From Desulfosudaceae bacterium (GTDB lineage Bacteria > Desulfobacterota > Desulfobacteria > Desulfobacterales > Desulfosudaceae): a stretch of 64,000 nucleotides of DNA. The number at the start of each line of letters is the position of its first letter. Positions within the stretch are counted from its first letter, which is position 1. The stretch is from the NCBI GenBank assembly GCA_963674745.2, contig CAXXDV010000003.1, forward strand, positions 704,001 through 768,000, given 5' to 3'. Made by a program: the position numbers and the translations under genes. Shown here one piece after another: positions 8,902 to 19,747 of this stretch. Below the pieces are notes generated by a model. It had not been told where the DNA came from. It made no database searches and worked only from the letters and a program-made list of their open reading frames with translations.

Positions 8902-9481
8902 ATCCCGTCATGTCCTCAATGGCGGTCAGAACCGCCTCTTTACCCAACCGGGTTTTGGTTGAAAAACGGATGAGATTACGCTCATCCAGCCCGAATGCCG
9001 CCGCAATAGCCTGGTGTTGTTTTTGTTGGGCTGTTTTTTTTAATTTATCGGCCTTGGTCAGGATAATAATAAATGGAATTCCGTGGCGTGTAAACAGGTC
9101 CAGGAGGATGAACTCATCTTCCCGGGGCTCGCGCCGCAGGTCGACCAGCAGGGCCGCGCCTTTTAATGCCGACCTGTCGGTCAGGTAGGTATCGATCATC
9201 GGCCCCCAGGCTTTCTGCTCCCGGCGGGATACCTTGGCATAACCATAACCGGGAAGGTCTACGAAAATCAACCGGTTGTTGATATCAAAAAAATTGACCA
9301 AACGGGTTTTTCCCGGCGTGGAACTGGTCTTGACCAGGTTACGGCGGTTTACCAGGCAGTTGATCAGAGAGGATTTGCCCACGTTGGAACGGCCGGCAAA
9401 GGCGATTTCCGGCAACCCTTCGTCAGGGTACTGGTCCGGTTTGACCGCGCTGGTGATAAATTCTGCGGATTTAATGATCAT
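8864..9481 (-). CDS. engB: Ribosome biogenesis GTP-binding protein EngB/YihA/YsxC
   Basis: EIAFAGRSNVGKSSLIN, TPGKT, DLPGYGYA, TKADK; start placed at MIIKSAEF. Confidence 0.96.
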   Translation of the reverse strand: MIIKSAEFITSAVKPDQYPDEGLPEIAFAGRSNVGKSSLINCLVNRRNLVKTSSTPGKTRLVNFFDINNRLIFVDLPGYGYAKVSRREQKAWGPMIDTYLTDRSALKGAALLVDLRREPREDEFILLDLFTRHGIPFIIILTKADKLKKTAQQKQHQAIAAAFGLDERNLIRFSTKTRLGKEAVLTAIEDMTGYDEQDTKQPPGE

Positions 9482-9636
9482 GATTACTGCCCCGGATATT
9501 CCATGACGTATATGGACACCCATATCTTTTAGACGATTAAGACGAACTTCAATACACCGTCGTTTATTGATTACCGGCAGGCAGATCTGCCGAAAGTCAT
9601 GAAATTATCCGATCGGGCCGGTTGCCCACGAAAAGT

Positions 9637-10512
9637 TTACAGTACCTTGTTTAACGGATATTCGATAATACCTTCGGCACCGTTGGCCATCAGTTCCGGG
9701 ATCAGGTCCCGTACGGCGTTGGCCGCTACAACGGTTTCAACGGCAAACCATTCCGACTGGTATAAAGGGGATACGGTCGGGGCGTTCAGGCTGGGCAAAA
9801 GGGCCATAATTTTTTCCAGCCGGTCACCCGGAGCGTTCATCTTCAGACCGACCATTTTTTCGGCCTGCAGGGCACCGGTCAGCAGCAGCGCGATCTGTTC
9901 CAGCTTTTTCCGTTTGAAAGAATCCTTCCAGGCCTCGTGATTGGCAATGAGCTGGGTATGGGTCTGCATCAGCTCATGGATGATTCTCAAGTTGTGAGCC
10001 CGGATGGTGCTCTCGGTTTCGGTGATTTCCACAATGGCATCGGCCAGACCGTTTACAACTTTTGCTTCGGTGGCACCCCAGGAAAACTCGATATTGACAT
10101 TGATCTTTTTTTCCGCAAAAAAGCGCCGGGTAAAGTTGACCAGCTCGGTGGAAATGGTTTTGCCTTCCAGGTCTTCCAGTGAGTTGACAGGAGAATCCTT
10201 GGCCACGGCCAGTACCCAGCGGGCGGGACGGGCGCTGACCTTGGAGTAAATCAGGTCCGTCACCACATGAACGTCGGATTTGTTCTCAGCCGTCCAGTCC
10301 AGACCGGTCAGCCCGGCATCCAGGGTGCCGTGTTCCACGTTTATGGACATTTCCTGAGCCCGGCACAGGGCACAAGATATGTCATCATCATTAATCTCCG
10401 GAAAATAACTCCGGTCATTGACGTTGATTTTCCAGCCGGACCGTTTGAAAAGGTCGAAAGTCGCGTTCTGCAGGCTTCCCTTGGGAATTCCCAGTTTCAG
10501 CACCTGTGTCAT
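9637..10512 (-). CDS. hisG: ATP phosphoribosyltransferase (long form)
   Basis: [25 protein letters not shown]-terminal regulatory domain (PTVSPL...GAEGIIE). Confidence 0.96.
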   Translation of the reverse strand: MTQVLKLGIPKGSLQNATFDLFKRSGWKINVNDRSYFPEINDDDISCALCRAQEMSINVEHGTLDAGLTGLDWTAENKSDVHVVTDLIYSKVSARPARWVLAVAKDSPVNSLEDLEGKTISTELVNFTRRFFAEKKINVNIEFSWGATEAKVVNGLADAIVEITETESTIRAHNLRIIHELMQTHTQLIANHEAWKDSFKRKKLEQIALLLTGALQAEKMVGLKMNAPGDRLEKIMALLPSLNAPTVSPLYQSEWFAVETVVAANAVRDLIPELMANGAEGIIEYPLNKVL

Positions 10513-10886
10513 TTTGAATATACCTCCGCGGGGTCAAATACACGTTCTTCGGTGATGATCGCTTCCCCGTCATTTTTAATTTGCGTATAAAAACAGGTCC
10601 GATACCCTTTGTGGCAGGCGGCACCGGCCTGATCCACCCGGAACAGCACGGTATCCAGGTCACAATCGATTCGGATCTCTTTGATTTTCTGGACGTGTCC
10701 GGAGGTTTCGCCTTTGACCCAGAGGGCTTTCCGGGAGCGGCTGTAGTAGGTGGCGTTTCCCGAAGCCAGGGTGGCTTCCCAGGCGTCCTTGTTGATATAA
10801 GCCAGCATCAGGACATCACCCGTTTCGTGGTCCTGGACAATGGCGGGAATCAGCCCGCCGGTTTTGTCAAAATCAGGATTGATCAT
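10509..10886 (-). CDS. hisI: Phosphoribosyl-AMP cyclohydrolase
   Basis: [40 protein letters not shown]. Confidence 0.96.
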   Translation of the reverse strand: MINPDFDKTGGLIPAIVQDHETGDVLMLAYINKDAWEATLASGNATYYSRSRKALWVKGETSGHVQKIKEIRIDCDLDTVLFRVDQAGAACHKGYRTCFYTQIKNDGEAIITEERVFDPAEVYSK

Positions 10887-11249
10887 TTTTCTGCTTTTTC
10901 TTTTGTTGTTCAGCCGATGTCGTTAAAACGACGCTTCTGCCGTTATTTTTGCTTTTAAGTATCGTTAATCCACTGTGTTGTCAATATCCTTTATCGATAA
11001 ATATGGGAGAGAAGATATGGTAATGTTTGACGGAACTGCATGCAGTGGGGTATAATAACAAAAATTGTAAGTATCGGTTGAATATTATTAATCCCGTAAA
11101 ACCACATCTCCCCTCAAAGGATTTTTTCTGGATTGGAGAAAGACGTTTTTGGTTTTAAAGGCAATTCCGGCGGCGATGAATCCGGAATCCGCTGTTCTGG
11201 ATGCTTTCGGCCGGCAATGGTGTGCCGGCAACGGAGAAAATCGAAAATT

Positions 11250-14200
11250 ATGAGATCCCGAGTTTTTGCTATAAGAAACAACCCCTTGCCCTTCCTTTTT
11301 TCATGCTTTATCTGGGTTTCAATATCCCTTTTGATCGGTCAGGCATTTATTGTTCCAGATGCCGGCGCCCAATGCGTTTCGTGCGCCAGGGAACAATCCT
11401 TTGACAATCTTTTTCAAAAGCTCGAGCAGGCGGAATCAATCAGGGTCATTGTCTGGCTGGATGTGGACGGCATAAAAGATCTGACGGCCGCTTCCAATGG
11501 CTTTTCGGTGGTTGCACCGGGCAGATCATTTCCCCAATCCGGAAAAGACGCGGACCGCAGATTGAAAGCGGCCATTGATGGTGTGGCCGATGGGGTCGTC
11601 AACGCCCTGAAGGGAACGGCTTTTAGAGTAAGTTCAAGGTTTTCGACGCTTCCATTGATTGCCATGGAGGTTTCGGCCGACGCTCTGGCGACCCTGGAAA
11701 CACTGCCCCGGGTGGTTAATTGCGTGCCGGATCGACCGGTTAAACTCATCCAGCCCATCGAGGGAAGGGTACCGGCGGGCAAATCCGGCAAGACTGTATC
11801 GGGCAGGGGCGCTGCCGACTTGAGTAAACCGTTTTTAAACAATACCACCGGCATTATCGGGGCGGAAGACGCCTGGGCCATGGGGTACACCGGTTCGGGC
11901 TGGTATGTGGCCGTCCTGGATACCGGGATTCGAAGCTCGCACGCGTTTTTTGCCGGAAAAACCATCGTGGAAAAGTGCTATTCAGCAAACAATGACTGCC
12001 CGGATGGTACCGACGAGGACGAGGGTTCCGGGGCGGCCGCGCATTATGCGTCAAGTTATCAGGGCTATGATCATGGCACCCACGTGACCGGGATCGCCGT
12101 CGGCAACAACGGTACCCTGTTCGGGGTGGCCAAAGATGCCGATATCATTGCCGTTCAGGTGTTCTCCAGATTCCCGGCGACTAGGCCTGAATGCGGCGGC
12201 TCTCCCTGCGTCATGAGTTATGACAGTGATTCGCTCAAGGGGCTTGAATATGTCTACGGGTTACGGTCGACCTACAGTATTGCTTCGGTCAATATGAGCC
12301 TGGGCGGCGGTGCCTATTCAGACTTTTGTGATGATGAAGACGCCGACCGGAAAACGGCCATCGACAACCTGCGCGCGGTGGGCATTGCCACCGTCATTGC
12401 CACCGGCAATGAATACCTTTGCGGCCAGGTCAGTTCCCCGGCCTGTGTTTCAACATGTATATCCGTGGGCGCGTCGAATGATAGTGACGTCCAGGCCTCG
12501 TTCAGCAACTGGCATCCGGTCATGCAGCGGTTTTTTGCGCCCGGTGTGTCGATAAATTCTTCAACCGGCGTTTCGGACACCAGTTATGCGTCATGGGGCG
12601 GCACGTCCATGGCCACGCCCCATGTGGCCGGCGCCTGGGCCATTTTACGCCAGGCCGATCCCGCGGCCTCGGTAACGGATATTTACGATGATCTGACCGC
12701 AACCGGGACCCTGATAACCACCACCTGTGCGGGCGGCGGCAGTGTGCCCCGGATCAACATCGACCGTGCCATTTCCTGTGATCCTAATGCTTTAGCGGTT
12801 GACGCGTTCTTGCCGCAGGCATCGGCGGTCTTGATGCCCGGCAGCCAGGTGACGCTGAATGCCCGGGTGTCCGGTGATTGCGGCGGCCTGGTGGACGGCG
12901 TGACAGTATCGGCCACGTTTTCAAATGGCGATGGTGCAGTACAAATGTATGACGACGGCCTGCATGACGACGGGGCTGCTGACGACGGTCTTTATGGCAA
13001 CTGGTGGATACCGGTTAATGAACAGGACCCGACCACCATTACCTATACCGCTTCAAAAACCGGTTACACTTCAGGTTCGGACCAGGTTGATGTTACGGTG
13101 GTCATGGATTATTGTCCTGCCGGAGCAGGTGACAGTTCATATGAACATATCGCTAACGTGACCTTTGCCGGTATCGATAATGATTCGACCTATTCGGGCG
13201 GGTATGCGGATTATACCGCCGGTACACCGGCAAATGTGACAGCCGGGACAGACGTCAATCTCTCGGTAACCATCAGCCCGGACTCCGGGGATTATTTATC
13301 GGTATTTATCGACTGGAACCGGAACTTAATTTTTGATGATCCGGCTGAAAGATACGACCTGGCGGCTGCGACAGATCAATCCGGTCCGTTTACCACCCTG
13401 GTATCCGTTCCCGAGGACGCGGCCCTGGGTGATACGCGCATGCGGGTTGTGTTGAAATGGGGGGAACGTCCGGATCCGTGTGGCGGTTTTAACTATGGTG
13501 AAGTGGAAGACTATACGGTTAATATCGCCTGTTCTCCGATCATACTGGTAGTTGACGCCCTGTCACCCACGGCCGGTGCGTTTATAGTCCCGGGCGTTGC
13601 CACGCTCCTTCAGGCCGGTTTGGCCGATCAGTGCGGAGACCCGGTCAGCGGTGCGACCGTGGAGGCAACCTTTTCAAACGGCGACAGCCCGGTTCAATTG
13701 TATGACGACGGTCTTCATGATGACGGTGCCGCCGATGACGCTCTTTTCGCCGACTGGTGGACACCGGTTAACGAGCAGGACCCGACCACTATTACATTTA
13801 CGGCCTCAAAAACCGGTTACACATCGGGCACGGACCTGGTCGATGTGGCGGTTGTGTCCGATTATTGCGATGCCGGCGGGCTTGACAGCATAATGGAATA
13901 TATTACCAACGTGACCTTTGCCGGTATTGATAATGATTCTACCCAGGCGGGCGGATATGCGGATTATACGGCCGGTACCCCCGGGAATGTGACGGCCGGG
14001 ACAGACGTCAACCTGTCGGTTACCATCAATCCGGATGCTGATGATAATGTGTCGGTATTTATCGACTGGAACCGGAACCTGGTGTTTGACGATCCCGACG
14101 AGCGATATGACCTGGTGAGCGCGACGGATCAGCCCGGTCCGTTTTCTACGCTGGTGTCGGTTCCTGCGGATGCCGTTTTGGGCGACACGTGTCTGCGGGT

Positions 14201-15113
14201 GGTGTTAACCCGCGACACCACGCCGGTGCCATGCGGAACCTTTGATTATGGCGAGGTCGAAGACTACACCGTTAATGTGGCTTGCAATTCGAGTCTTTTG
14301 TCGGTTGATATAATTTCTCCGTTGCCCTTTGCGACCGTCACCCTGGGAAATCAGGTGACGATTCAGGCGCAGGTTTCAGATCAATGCGGTGTTTTTGTGG
14401 ACGACATTACCGTGGAAACGACCTTTTCCAATGGCGATAATCCGGTATTGTTGTACGACGACGGTCTTCACGGTGACGGTGCCGCCGATGACGGCCTTTA
14501 TGGCAACTGGTGGATACCGGTCAATGAACAGGATCCGACCACGATTACCTGTACGGCCTCAAAAACCGGTTTTGTGTCAGCCACGGACCAGGTCGATGTC
14601 TATTTTATAGTGGTTGCAACCCGATTCCTGCCCTTGATCGGGGGCTGGAACCTGATATCCCTGCCGCTTTCGCCGCTGGACAAGGCCATTGAAACCGTTT
14701 TGTCCTCCATTGCGGGTAAGTATATCAGCGTCTGGTCTTTTTCTTCGGGCGCCTGGAAATTTTATGACCCGGCCAGTCCCGGTTTCAATGATCTGTTCGA
14801 GATGGATGCCGGCATCGGCTACTGGGTCAACATGTCCGAAACTGCGACACTTACACTTCTGGGGACCGTGCCACAGAACAGTATCGCCATTTTAAACGGG
14901 TGGAACCTGGTGGGCTATAATTCCTTCTCGGTTCAGGATCCGGCAACGGCTTTGGCCTCAATCGCGGGCCACTATGTTCTTGTGTGGGCATATGTTAATA
15001 ATGCCTGGCTGATGTACGATCCGGCCAATCCGGGCTTAAACAATCTGCCGACCATGGAATCCGGTTTAGGGTACTGGATAAACGCAAGCGGGGATTGTAC
15101 CTGGACAATGTGA
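11250..15113 (+). CDS. Secreted S8 (subtilisin-family) serine protease with 3 choice-of-anchor-X-like and 2 GEVED domains plus a duplicated C-terminal domain
   Basis: Signal peptide ending DAGA; triad VAVLDTG / HGTHVTG / GTSMATPHVAG; YDDGLHxDGAADD x3; YGEVEDY x2; GWNL...YDP..PG...GYW x2. ORF is open from 11133; ATG 11250 preferred. Confidence 0.9.
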   Translation: MRSRVFAIRNNPLPFLFSCFIWVSISLLIGQAFIVPDAGAQCVSCAREQSFDNLFQKLEQAESIRVIVWLDVDGIKDLTAASNGFSVVAPGRSFPQSGKDADRRLKAAIDGVADGVVNALKGTAFRVSSRFSTLPLIAMEVSADALATLETLPRVVNCVPDRPVKLIQPIEGRVPAGKSGKTVSGRGAADLSKPFLNNTTGIIGAEDAWAMGYTGSGWYVAVLDTGIRSSHAFFAGKTIVEKCYSANNDCPDGTDEDEGSGAAAHYASSYQGYDHGTHVTGIAVGNNGTLFGVAKDADIIAVQVFSRFPATRPECGGSPCVMSYDSDSLKGLEYVYGLRSTYSIASVNMSLGGGAYSDFCDDEDADRKTAIDNLRAVGIATVIATGNEYLCGQVSSPACVSTCISVGASNDSDVQASFSNWHPVMQRFFAPGVSINSSTGVSDTSYASWGGTSMATPHVAGAWAILRQADPAASVTDIYDDLTATGTLITTTCAGGGSVPRINIDRAISCDPNALAVDAFLPQASAVLMPGSQVTLNARVSGDCGGLVDGVTVSATFSNGDGAVQMYDDGLHDDGAADDGLYGNWWIPVNEQDPTTITYTASKTGYTSGSDQVDVTVVMDYCPAGAGDSSYEHIANVTFAGIDNDSTYSGGYADYTAGTPANVTAGTDVNLSVTISPDSGDYLSVFIDWNRNLIFDDPAERYDLAAATDQSGPFTTLVSVPEDAALGDTRMRVVLKWGERPDPCGGFNYGEVEDYTVNIACSPIILVVDALSPTAGAFIVPGVATLLQAGLADQCGDPVSGATVEATFSNGDSPVQLYDDGLHDDGAADDALFADWWTPVNEQDPTTITFTASKTGYTSGTDLVDVAVVSDYCDAGGLDSIMEYITNVTFAGIDNDSTQAGGYADYTAGTPGNVTAGTDVNLSVTINPDADDNVSVFIDWNRNLVFDDPDERYDLVSATDQPGPFSTLVSVPADAVLGDTCLRVVLTRDTTPVPCGTFDYGEVEDYTVNVACNSSLLSVDIISPLPFATVTLGNQVTIQAQVSDQCGVFVDDITVETTFSNGDNPVLLYDDGLHGDGAADDGLYGNWWIPVNEQDPTTITCTASKTGFVSATDQVDVYFIVVATRFLPLIGGWNLISLPLSPLDKAIETVLSSIAGKYISVWSFSSGAWKFYDPASPGFNDLFEMDAGIGYWVNMSETATLTLLGTVPQNSIAILNGWNLVGYNSFSVQDPATALASIAGHYVLVWAYVNNAWLMYDPANPGLNNLPTMESGLGYWINASGDCTWTM

Positions 15114-18100
15114 TGATTAACGGTGATACCCGAAGTGCTTTTTTAATGGGCTGGTATTATATTAATATGCGCCGTTTTTATCTGACCGTTTGACTGGACG
15201 GAAAGACATCCTGTATAATATTAAATATTTTTAAATATTGGTTTTTTATTAAAAAATCACCTTCCCAGGGACAGCGCCAATAATTTAAAATGCATTTTTG
15301 ATCAGTGTTTTGTTTTTTCACTGGCCGTCTGTTTTTTAATTTATTCAGGATGGAAAAACTGATGAAAGAAAAAAACGAAAACCTGAGGCAGACGCAGCCG
15401 GCTTTATTATCGGTTGCCGTGGCCTGGCTGGTGGTCATAATTCTGGCCGGTCAGTTTGCGGCAGTCAGAATGGCAGGTGCGCAATGCACCAATTGTTCAC
15501 GCGAAGCATCTTTTGATCAACTGTTTGAGGAAGCCGCGCAAAAGGGCTCTGTGATGATCATTGTGCGGTTGAACATTGCCAGGCTGCAGGAGTTGACGGC
15601 CGCTTCCAATGCCTACTCCGTGATGCAGCCCGGCAGATCATTCCCTCAATCCGGAAAAGACGCGGATCTTGCCTTGAAAGCCGCCATAGACGGAGTGGCG
15701 GACGCCGTCGTCAACACCTTGAAAGGCACGGCTTTTACTGTGACAAGGCAATTCTCAACCCTGCCCCTGATCGCCATGAGAGTGTCGCCTGATGCCCTGG
15801 CGGTTCTGGAAACGCTGCCCCAGGTGGCCAATTGTGTGCCTGATCGACCCGTCAGGCTTGAGCCCCCGATTGAAGGGCTGTCAACAAGGAGCAAGCCTGA
15901 AGATTTTACATGGGAAAAGGGTGTTCTTGACCTGAACAAACCGCTTTTGAACGATACCACCGGCATCATCGGCGCGGAAGACGCCTGGGCCATGGGGTAT
16001 ACCGGTTCGGGCTGGTATGTGGCGGTGCTGGATTCCGGGATTTTAAACACCCACGAGTTTTTTGCCGGAAAAACCATCGTGGAAAAATGTTATTCCCTGA
16101 GAAGCAACTGCCCCAATGGTACCGACGAGGATGTCGGACCGGGGTCGGCAGCCCATTATTCCTCAATCTATCAGAGTTATGACCATGGAACGCATGTGGC
16201 CGGGATCGCCACCGGCAATAACGGCACCCTGTTCGGGGTGGCCAAAGACGCTGATATCATTGCCGTTCAGGTGTTCTCACGGTTTACGCCCACAGAATGC
16301 TGCGGTGACCCTGACGGTACTCCCTGTGTCATGAGCTATACCAGTGATCAGCTTAAAGGGCTTGAATATGTCTACGGGTTACGGTCAACCTACAGTATTG
16401 CTTCGGTCAACATGAGCCTGGGGGGCGGTGAATATTCGGACTTTTGTGACGATGCACAAGTTGAGCGGAAAGCGGCCATCGACAACCTGCGCGCGGTGGG
16501 TATTGCCACGGTCATTGCCACCGGCAATGACGGCTACTGCGGCGCGGTCAGTGCCCCGGCCTGTATTTCCTCCGCCATATCCGTGGGCGCGTCGTATGAT
16601 AATGACACCGAAGCGCCGTTTAACAACTGGCACCCGGTTCTGCAGCGGTTCTTCGCGCCCGGTGTGTCGATTTATTCTTCAACCGCTGATACCAATACCA
16701 GCTATGAGTACTGGAACGGCACGTCCATGGCCACGCCCCATGTGGCCGGTGCCTGGGCTATTTTACGCCAGGCCGATCCCGCGGCCTCGGTAACGGATAT
16801 TTACGATGACCTGGTGGCGACCGGTACCCCGGTATCAACCGCATGCACTACCGGCGGCAGTGTGCCCAGGATTAATATTGACTCGGCCATTTATTGTGAC
16901 CCCGCTGTATTGCTGATCGATGCCCTTTTACCCGAATCAGCAGCAGGTTTGAAGCCCGGTGTCCAGGCAACACTTAAGGCGCGGGCCTCTAATGATTGTA
17001 ACCGCTATGTTTACGGGGTAGCCGTGGAGGTTATTTTTTCCAATGGTGACAGCCCCATACAATTATATGACGACGGTCTCCATAGTGACGGCGCCGCCTA
17101 TGACGGCATTTTTGGCAACTGGTGGATACCGATAAACGAACAGGACCCGACCACCATTACGTATACGGCGACAAAAACCGGTTATACGTCGGGTATGGAC
17201 CAGGTTGATGTAACCGTTGTTGCCGAGTATTGCGATGCCGGAGGGACTGATGCTGCAGATGTATATATATCCAATGTCACCTTTGCGGGTATCGATAATG
17301 ATTCAATTGAAGTGAGCGGTTATTCGGATTACACCTCGGGTACGGCAGCCAGTGTGTCTCCCGGTACGGATGAAGTTCTGTCTGTTACCATCAGCACGAT
17401 GGGTTATCAATTTTTAACCGTATTTATTGACTGGAATCATAATTTCAGCTTTAACGATGCGGGCGAACGATACGATCTGGCCAGTTCAACAAGTCTACCC
17501 GGCCCCTATACCACTACAATTTCAGTGCCCGCGGACGCTGCACCGGGTGACACACGTATGCGGGTGGTACTGAATTTTATGGCCGGTGCTGAGTCGTGCG
17601 GGATTTTCAAGTTTGGTGAGGTAGAGGACTATACCGTCAGTGTTGTTTGTGATCCCAACATATTGATGGTTGACGCCCTGTCGCCCGATGACGCGGCGAA
17701 TGTTGCTTCCGGCGTCGCTACCCTCCTTCAGGCCGATGTGGCCGATCAGTGCGGTGACCCGGTCAGCGGTGTGACCGTAGAAGCGACTTTTTCCAATGGC
17801 GACAGTGCGGTACCGCTTTACGACGACGGCCTTCATGATGACGGCGTTGCCGATGACGGCCTTTTTGCCGACTGGTGGACGCCGGTCACCGAGCAGGATC
17901 CGACCACCATTACCTTTACGGCTTCAAACACCGGTTACACCTCGGGCACAGACCAGGTTGATGTGGCGGTTGTGTCCGATTATTGCGCTGCCGGCGGGCT
18001 TGATAGCGCTTCCGACTATATCACCAATCTCACGTTTGCCGGAATTGATAATAATTCGACCCAGGCGGGCGGGTATGCGGATTATACGGCGGGTATACCG

Positions 18101-19150
18101 GCAAATGTGGTCAGCGGAACAAATTTAAATCTATGGGTTACCATTTCGCCCGACACCAATGATTACCTGTCGGTTTTTATCGACTGGAACCAGGATATGG
18201 TGTTCGACGATCCGGATGAGCGATATGATCTGGCCGGTCCGACGGATCAGCCCGGTCCGTTTACTTCGTTGATATCCGTTCCCGCTGATGCGGTTTTAGG
18301 CGATACGTGTCTGCGGGTAGTGATGACGCGCGACACCGTATCTTTACCCTGCGGATCATTCGACTACGGTGAAGTGGAAGATTATACCGTCAATGTCGCC
18401 TGTAATACCGGCTTGTTGACGGTTGAGGCGCTTTCCCCGGCGCCGGCGGCCGTTCTCGCCCTGGGAAGTCAAACAATTCTGCAGGCACGGGTCTCAGGTC
18501 AATGCGGCGCGTTAACAGGTGGTGCCGCGGTGGAAACGACTTTTTCCAATGGCGATAGCCCGATTCAGTTGTATGACGACGGCCTGCATGATGACGGCGT
18601 TGCGGATGACGGTATATTCGGCAACTGGTGGATGCCGGTCAACCAGCAGGATCCCACCACCATAACTTATACGGCTTCAGCAACCGGCTATCCGCCGTCC
18701 ACGGACCGGGTCGATGTCACCGTGGGAACGGAGTATTGCAGTGCTGCCGGAGCGGAGTCCACAATTTCTTATATCTCCAATGTCACCTTTGCCGGCATCG
18801 ACAATGATTCGACCCAGGAAGGCGGTTATTCTGATTTCACCGCGGGTACGCCGGCAACTGTTACGCCCGGCACGGATGAAATCCTGTCGGTTACCATCTT
18901 CCCCCGCATATTTGAAAATGTGTCTGTGTTTATCGACTGGAATCAGAATGCGGTTTTTGACGATCCCGGCGAAAGCTATGTCATCGTGGCCGATGCTGGT
19001 GGTGTGGCCGGACCATTTACAGTATTGATCCCGGTGCCCGTGGATGCCCCTGCCGGGGATACCCGGATGCGGGTGATCATGACCCTCATTTTTTCTCCTG
19101 TCCCATGCGGTACATTTATATACGGAGAGGTGGAAGATTACACCGTCCAT
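12773..19150 (+). repeat. Intragenic 753-bp modules (X domain + GEVED) in both protease genes
   Basis: (D/E)YC codons start at 13107 and 13860 in gene 1, and at 17225, 17978 and 18731 in gene 2: exact 753-bp spacing. Confidence 0.85.
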
Positions 19151-19657
19151 GTTAATCCCCTGACCGCGTCGTTGGATCTTTTTGCCGGCTGGAACCTGAT
19201 ATCCCTGCCGCTTTCGCCGCTGGATGGGGCCATTGAAACCGTTTTAAACCCCATAGCCGGAAAATATATCAGTGTCTGGTCGTTTTCTGCGGGTGCCTGG
19301 AAACTTTATGACCCGGCCAGTCCGGGTTTCAGCGATTTGTTTGAGATGGATGCCGGCATTGGATACTGGATCAATATGACTGAAGCGGCAACCCTTGATC
19401 TTACCGGGGTGACGCCGCCGGGATTTATACCTGTATCAAATGGATGGAATTTGGTGGGGTATAATTCTTCCTCAATCCAGGATCCGGCCACGACCATGGC
19501 ATCAATTGCGGGTCAATATGTGTCTGTATGGGCATACATCAACAATGTCTGGCTGATGTACGATCCGGCCAATCCCGGTTTCAGTGATCTGCCGACCATG
19601 GAACCCGGTTTCGGCTACTGGATAAACGCCACATCGAGCTGCACCTGGACGATGTGA
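15350..19657 (+). CDS. Secreted S8 protease paralog with 3 X-like and 3 GEVED domains plus a duplicated C-terminal domain
   Basis: Signal peptide ending MAGA; VAVLDSG / HGTHVAG / GTSMATPHVAG; GEVED x3; long stretches of DNA identity to the upstream gene. Confidence 0.9.
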   Translation: MEKLMKEKNENLRQTQPALLSVAVAWLVVIILAGQFAAVRMAGAQCTNCSREASFDQLFEEAAQKGSVMIIVRLNIARLQELTAASNAYSVMQPGRSFPQSGKDADLALKAAIDGVADAVVNTLKGTAFTVTRQFSTLPLIAMRVSPDALAVLETLPQVANCVPDRPVRLEPPIEGLSTRSKPEDFTWEKGVLDLNKPLLNDTTGIIGAEDAWAMGYTGSGWYVAVLDSGILNTHEFFAGKTIVEKCYSLRSNCPNGTDEDVGPGSAAHYSSIYQSYDHGTHVAGIATGNNGTLFGVAKDADIIAVQVFSRFTPTECCGDPDGTPCVMSYTSDQLKGLEYVYGLRSTYSIASVNMSLGGGEYSDFCDDAQVERKAAIDNLRAVGIATVIATGNDGYCGAVSAPACISSAISVGASYDNDTEAPFNNWHPVLQRFFAPGVSIYSSTADTNTSYEYWNGTSMATPHVAGAWAILRQADPAASVTDIYDDLVATGTPVSTACTTGGSVPRINIDSAIYCDPAVLLIDALLPESAAGLKPGVQATLKARASNDCNRYVYGVAVEVIFSNGDSPIQLYDDGLHSDGAAYDGIFGNWWIPINEQDPTTITYTATKTGYTSGMDQVDVTVVAEYCDAGGTDAADVYISNVTFAGIDNDSIEVSGYSDYTSGTAASVSPGTDEVLSVTISTMGYQFLTVFIDWNHNFSFNDAGERYDLASSTSLPGPYTTTISVPADAAPGDTRMRVVLNFMAGAESCGIFKFGEVEDYTVSVVCDPNILMVDALSPDDAANVASGVATLLQADVADQCGDPVSGVTVEATFSNGDSAVPLYDDGLHDDGVADDGLFADWWTPVTEQDPTTITFTASNTGYTSGTDQVDVAVVSDYCAAGGLDSASDYITNLTFAGIDNNSTQAGGYADYTAGIPANVVSGTNLNLWVTISPDTNDYLSVFIDWNQDMVFDDPDERYDLAGPTDQPGPFTSLISVPADAVLGDTCLRVVMTRDTVSLPCGSFDYGEVEDYTVNVACNTGLLTVEALSPAPAAVLALGSQTILQARVSGQCGALTGGAAVETTFSNGDSPIQLYDDGLHDDGVADDGIFGNWWMPVNQQDPTTITYTASATGYPPSTDRVDVTVGTEYCSAAGAESTISYISNVTFAGIDNDSTQEGGYSDFTAGTPATVTPGTDEILSVTIFPRIFENVSVFIDWNQNAVFDDPGESYVIVADAGGVAGPFTVLIPVPVDAPAGDTRMRVIMTLIFSPVPCGTFIYGEVEDYTVHVNPLTASLDLFAGWNLISLPLSPLDGAIETVLNPIAGKYISVWSFSAGAWKLYDPASPGFSDLFEMDAGIGYWINMTEAATLDLTGVTPPGFIPVSNGWNLVGYNSSSIQDPATTMASIAGQYVSVWAYINNVWLMYDPANPGFSDLPTMEPGFGYWINATSSCTWTM

Positions 19658-19747
19658 AGCCGGTCGATATGGATTTTCCCGGTTCCGGCCGGTCAGCAGA
19701 GCGCCGTTTGCCATGCGGCTTGAGTGGTTCGGAAGCAAGGTGCGGAT

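Noticed and set aside
11250..19657. Diversity-generating retroelement (TR/VR pair) behind the paralog variation
   Set aside because: Differences I inspected are not adenine-specific, both copies are coding, and no reverse transcriptase is present.
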